DNA of 64,000 bases from Pocillopora damicornis (Eukaryota). Within the stretch, counting starts at the first letter, position 1. Each line of letters starts with the position of its first letter. The stretch covers positions 434,001 to 498,000 of the forward strand of contig NW_020843837.1 of NCBI RefSeq assembly GCF_003704095.1. Direction: 5' to 3'. The translations under genes were made by a program, and so were the position numbers. A model generated the notes under the pieces. The model searched no databases and was not told where the DNA came from. It saw only the letters and a program-made list of their open reading frames with translations. Below, piece by piece: positions 58,901-64,000 of this stretch.

Positions 58901-60463
58901 CCTGTGGAACCACAAATATGTCTCACCATGGGATGAATCCAGTGCTAGGTTCATTCTGTACAGTAACTCCCCAGATTTTCACCCCATTTTCTTCATACTC
59001 CTTGATGAACTTTGCAAAGTACAAAGCCCATGCCTTATGATATTTGTCTCCTGCCACTCCCTTTAATGTTCCAGCCCCTTGCATCTTGCCATTGGTTTTC
59101 ATCCATGCAGGCGCAGCCCAAGGACTTCCAAAGAACTTGAGGGTCCTTTTACTCATATTTGATGCAGATAACAACAAAGGAATCTTCAGCTTGAAGTCTT
59201 CCATGACCAAGCTAAAGTTTGACATTCCAAAATCTCCTTCATGGTCGTCGTAAGAGTAAGGCCAGGTAGAAAAATCGCAGCTGGCCATAGGAATACGCCC
59301 AAGGGAATACTCAATGCCATCTGGAGAAAAGTATGAAGATAACAGCTTCTGCTGCAAGGTGGAGCTGATGTTTAATATGTTGATTCCAGCAGCATCTGAA
59401 GAAAAAATGAACTTGGGACTTAAGCAAGATTTACTGGTTGATGGGGGTTGGGGAGAGGGGGAAGGTTCCTTCAACAATATTTAATTGGTGTTTTATTGGT
59501 ATTTAAGGTATGCCACATTGTTCAATGAATAGGATGATCACATTTTCGTAATAAAAAGGAGAATAAAAGTACTACAGGAACACCCTCATCACTCCCCCCC
59601 CCTCCCTCCAACCTACATTCTCATTACCTGTACCCTTGGAAATGTATTGAGATTGGTAAGGAGAAATTAATTCTTCATCACTTCAAGTCTGGCAGTGAAA
59701 GGGTTGAGAGGATCATAAAACCATTGAATGGGCCAAAATGTCTCTACCAAGACCATTGCTTCTGGCTTACAAGCTTGATGGAAAGACATGCAAGATTTTT
59801 TTCTTCATTCAATCTGCCTAAAAATATTAGCAATAACCTCACTTGTAGGAATATTGATCTCTGTTCTCTGCCATAGCTATACATTTGGTGTATCAAGGAA
59901 ATTAGTTGAATCAACCAAAGAAACTTTGTGTAGCTCAATTAAAAAATTTGAGACCATTTGTTTTCGGCAATATTAGTTGTAAATACCCCGAGGTAAAAGT
60001 TGTCGATTTTAGTTACATCTTAAGCTTTCAAAAATGATCCTCTAGAATAGGGAGATAACAACTCGACAAAGGATAACAATACTAAACCTGTAAAAGCTCC
60101 CCCTATTCCTAGTATAGTTTGAAAAACTTCATCCTGATTAACGACAAACTTGACCTCGACTTCAGCAGAGTGTTGTAGTTTTCTAGAGAAACCTGGTTTT
60201 TTAACCTTCCCCGTCCTTAAATTGAAACGATCGCCTGTCTTTGAGCTGGTGTAAACGGCATACTCTTGCTCTGACAAAGGACTTCCCTCGCTGAAGGCAT
60301 CGCAGCCATGCTCATCAGAACACACACAGACAGTACCCCCATGACCAAAGTCTTTGCTGTGGCACGCTGAATATTTAGGTGGTGAAAATCGAACTGTAGC
60401 TACAAAGGAAAAAAAGCAGCATGCCAAGGAAAGAAAAAGAAGTCCTGCTTTCCTGAGATACAT
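55989..60463 (-). CDS. GBA1: Lysosomal acid glucosylceramidase-like (GH30_1), copy B
   Basis: Exons 60463-60088, 59395-58927, 58291-58034, 57543-57420, 56898-56764, 56231-55989, with the same intron positions as copy A where visible. [47 protein letters not shown]. Confidence 0.95.
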
Positions 60464-63386
60464 ACTTTCCCAACGTTAAAATTACGAATAAGCTCTCCTA
60501 ACTACTGCAATGTTCGAGCAGGCGCTCAGTCCCAGGCCACCGGAGTGTTGGATATTTCTACAAAATGAAATCATGCGAAAAGAAATATTATTTTAAGCGT
60601 TTGTATTAAACATGACTGGACATGGTTGTGTTGGTCAGCATAACACAGAATACATCTTACGGACTGGCTCTTTTGTCGTTGGTCAGTTTTGCTTTACACG
60701 AGAATAATTCATGGAGGGTTGTTTTCGTTCGCTTACTGAGAATACTGTGAGCTAACAATATCGAGGGGTACGAGAGTATTCTTGAAGTCCGGTATATATA
60801 TATAGGCATATAGAATAATTCGGTCGGTCTGTAATCATACAACAGATTGACAAAATCAGACGAAGTGTTTAGCTTTTGTTTATCACCAGTTAATCAAAAC
60901 TTCGGAAAACTCTTGCAAGACATTCTAGGAAAAAATCGGTTGAATTTATTCGAAAATAAAACCACGACAGTTGACGTTTTTCTCCGAGAAATTAGACCCA
61001 TAGGTTTATTTAATCAGCACACGAAATTATTCTCCACTTCACAAAGCGAAAAATAAACGGTTTAATGTTACTCCACCAGCAAATTTTTTTGGCAATGTAC
61101 AAATCTCAGTTTTACCTCACACGATTAAAATTACTGTCAATAAACGTTCAACTGATGATCACGAGGTGGCCACAGGTAAAGGCCTGTTGAAGGGTGTCGA
61201 GCTTCTTATCGCCCTTTTTTTTTTTTTTTTTTTTTTTTTTAGATGAAGACACAACTGGTTTTAGAGCGCTTTTTTCCCCGATATTCATTTTCAAGATAAA
61301 ATTAATTATTTCCCAAAAGGTGTAAGAAAGCTATATTCCGCCATTTTCTTAGATCTGATGTCAATCTTCCATCCTCCCGAGAAGAAACTGCAGTACACGC
61401 GATGCATAACGTAACAGTCCTTCTTAAGATCCTAGATCCACCCCTGTTAGGCATGTGTGTGACTTAAAGGGTGAACTGCTTTGGTTCTGACTAGATCATC
61501 GATGTCGAATAAATTATGTTATATTCATATGAAATAAATTAGCACGTGGGGAGAATGGTTTATTATTGTTAGAGAGACACAAGTGGTTTTCAATTATTCG
61601 GTCAGCTTGCACACAAGAAAATTAGATACCAACCCCTGTAGTTTTGGGATGGGGATTTACTCACCAGCTTCCCTCTTTTGGGGCCATGAATTCACATGAT
61701 GCCCCCTTTCTCGTTTTCTGGACTCCCTCTTTAATTTAAGCTTCCCAGTTTGGGACGTTCGGTGGGTCTTGTCAACAATGGTTCTCGTCTATAAATTTAC
61801 AAACACTTAACGAACTTCCGGTTACGTCATGAAAATGGAAGTGATTATACTTCAAATCTTTACCACAAATAGTATTCAAGCTAGGCGAAATGCCTTCAAA
61901 TTCAAAATTACCAGGGGCTAACTCGCTTTTAGATAAATTTCTGAGCTCACCAAACGATTGGAAACTGTAAACATGACGACAATCATGCTGTAGCATATTT
62001 TACTATGATATACATCGCCCTAGAGACTATTTTGTAATGAATTTAAACATCGTTGTCACACCATTGGTTTGTGATCGCAATGAGAGGATCACCTATGATT
62101 CCACACCACCCTCCGATGGACTATGGTGTAATCTACCACGAGAAGATTAATACCAATGAGCATCATAAAGATCGTGTGGGATTCCAGCAAGGGGAAACCG
62201 AGGAAAGCGTGGAACTGGGGTAAGCGACTTTGTAAAATTTCACATTTTGATACCCACGCTCTATCATTTGTCAGCGAGTGCCCCGAAAGTCATCACGATC
62301 GAGTAGAAAGCGACGATGGCTCGAAAATTATCATAACCAATACAGTAAAGAGCAAACTTGTTTTGTGCTTGCGATCTCGAATAACAACATTAACTATCGG
62401 TTTATGGTCACAGAATTTGCATAACGATTTAAATATTCTGCTTGTTTGATTTATTCTTGATTGTTCAAACTTCTGGTTTTTGCTCGCAAATACTTCAAAT
62501 TGACAGCAGTTCCAACTTTTTTAAGAGAGGCAAAAGACTGATCATTTTTCCCCGTTAAATCTTGATGAAAACTTAGACTCTACTTTGTTCTTTATCTGGA
62601 ACAATTTAATTGACAGCACGTACATTAAATCAAAACTGATTGAGCGTAAATTTGAGCTCAGCTACGTGAATTTTAAAATATCCTCTAATTGGTTCCTAAT
62701 GACCGTTTTTCAAATTGAATCAGGTGGAGATCTGCATAATCTATTGACAGGTAGAATTGATATGTGAAATTGTTCCTTCTGGTGTGGTTTCCATACTAAA
62801 ATTTCGCATGAATTAATCAATTTACAGTTCCTCGTGCTACCTTAGCTGACAAACAACGACTGACACCTTTTGCTCGTCAAAACTTAGCCCAACTATTTTT
62901 ACGTTGGCTGATGTAAAACAAAACTCAAGAAAGTACCATCTACTTTACTTTTCGTGCTTCCACTCAAATTGCGGCAGTGAGAGGATTTCATTCTGATTTC
63001 TTTACCTAGCCATTTTTTTCATTGTTCTTGGCTTCCTTTTTATGCTGTAATTTTCTTGACGTAAAATGGCTGCGAGACTTCTGCCTGTTGAAAAATCTTC
63101 TTTGAATTTTTAGCCACGAGAAACATTCGCTGTCGGTAACTTGCACTGAATATCTCTCGGATCTGTCATCATTTTTTTCCGAGATGATTTCTTACTGCGG
63201 CTATGTCAGAATAGTCCTGCCGGAACTTGGCCCCTTAGTGGGTATAAAATTTGTTGAAGTTTTTCACGTAACTGAATTATTTAAATCGCATCGCAAAGTG
63301 GATTTACGAGGACCTCCCTTTCACTTCAGTGATTCGTCTCACATAAAAGTATTCTCGTTGAAAGGCTTTTTGGAGAAAATCAAGAT

Positions 63387-63489
63387 TAGGCTGCGAGCAG
63401 GCTCTCGTCGTTACGGCTTCGATCCGAGTGTTTCTTCGTCCGCGGGAAAGTATGTAGCCTTAAACAAAGCGAGCCTGCCAGAGGTCTAC
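63387..63489. mobile_element. Short MITE with TAG.CTGCGAGCAGGCTC-type termini
   Basis: TAGGCTGCGAGCAGGCTC at the left and GAGCCTGCCAGAGGTCTA at the right are imperfect inverted repeats. Confidence 0.5.
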
Positions 63490-64000
63490 AAGTGGTCTGG
63501 TACTGCATGATTACTCTTTTGAAATGAATCGATCTGAGGGAACATTACAATGTCATACATGTAACTTAGCCGGGAGATATCTTATGCAATATGAGTTCAA
63601 GATCTACACTTTGATTCAATTTAGGGGGGCACGAATTCTGGAGAAAAGACCATGCATGAATTCCCAATCTATTTCGAGCAAACTCAGGATAAATGCAAAA
63701 AATTATTTTAAGAAAATAAAACTTTATTTGGTTCCTTTCCTTGAGATGTAGATGAAACACCTTGTTGAAAGAAGCATCAAACTATAACCTGCTAACGGCT
63801 ACACTTGTACCACAATTTATCCATGAAAAGAAGACGAAAAAATAATAAAAAAAATTCAAACATTTTATGTGATAGACCTACGAATATTATCGCTTTGATG
63901 AAATAAATTATCCAAAAACTGCTTGAAATGTCCACTCGGCTCAATGATATTTGACAACCACTTAGTAATACAGGTATAAGTCCCCTCCAAACAGCCACCC

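Noticed and set aside
124-60463. Functional endolysosomal/Golgi gene cluster (SNX2, GBA x2, GCNT, PRRC1)
   Set aside because: Interspersed with DNA-repair genes and no evidence of co-regulation; likely coincidental neighbourhood.
60500-64000. Additional gene upstream of GBA copy B
   Set aside because: Only short ORFs and isolated donor-like sites; no recognisable protein or consistent exon chain.

Overview
AT-rich, intron-containing eukaryotic DNA with assembly gaps. The repeat families and gene content suggest a scleractinian coral (inference). Genes reconstructed by hand from splice sites: SNX1/2 (minus, runs off the left edge), ANKLE1 (minus), two GH30 glucosylceramidase (GBA1-like) paralogs facing each other, an intronless rhodopsin-class GPCR nested in intron 4 of the first GBA copy, a C9orf85/DUF2039 homolog head-to-head with a SHLD2/FAM35A homolog, a GT14 core-2/I-branching GlcNAc-transferase, and PRRC1. 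Mobile DNA includes many TTAA-targeting MITEs, tRNA-derived SINEs, Penelope-like remnants and a dead Sola3-like DNA transposon. The main candidate for an undescribed system is a cluster of three divergent, apparently intronless paralogs at 5.1-13.9 kb that I cannot assign to a named family. They share a helical segment followed by F-x-R-E...GQY...Y-x-LE...G-x-x-Q-x-x-x-YG-x-x-CP-x-YW-x-[IV]-R-x-D. Two have Met-Gly/Cys lipidation-type N-termini, and one is split by a single-base frameshift. All family assignments come from motif recognition, not database searches.
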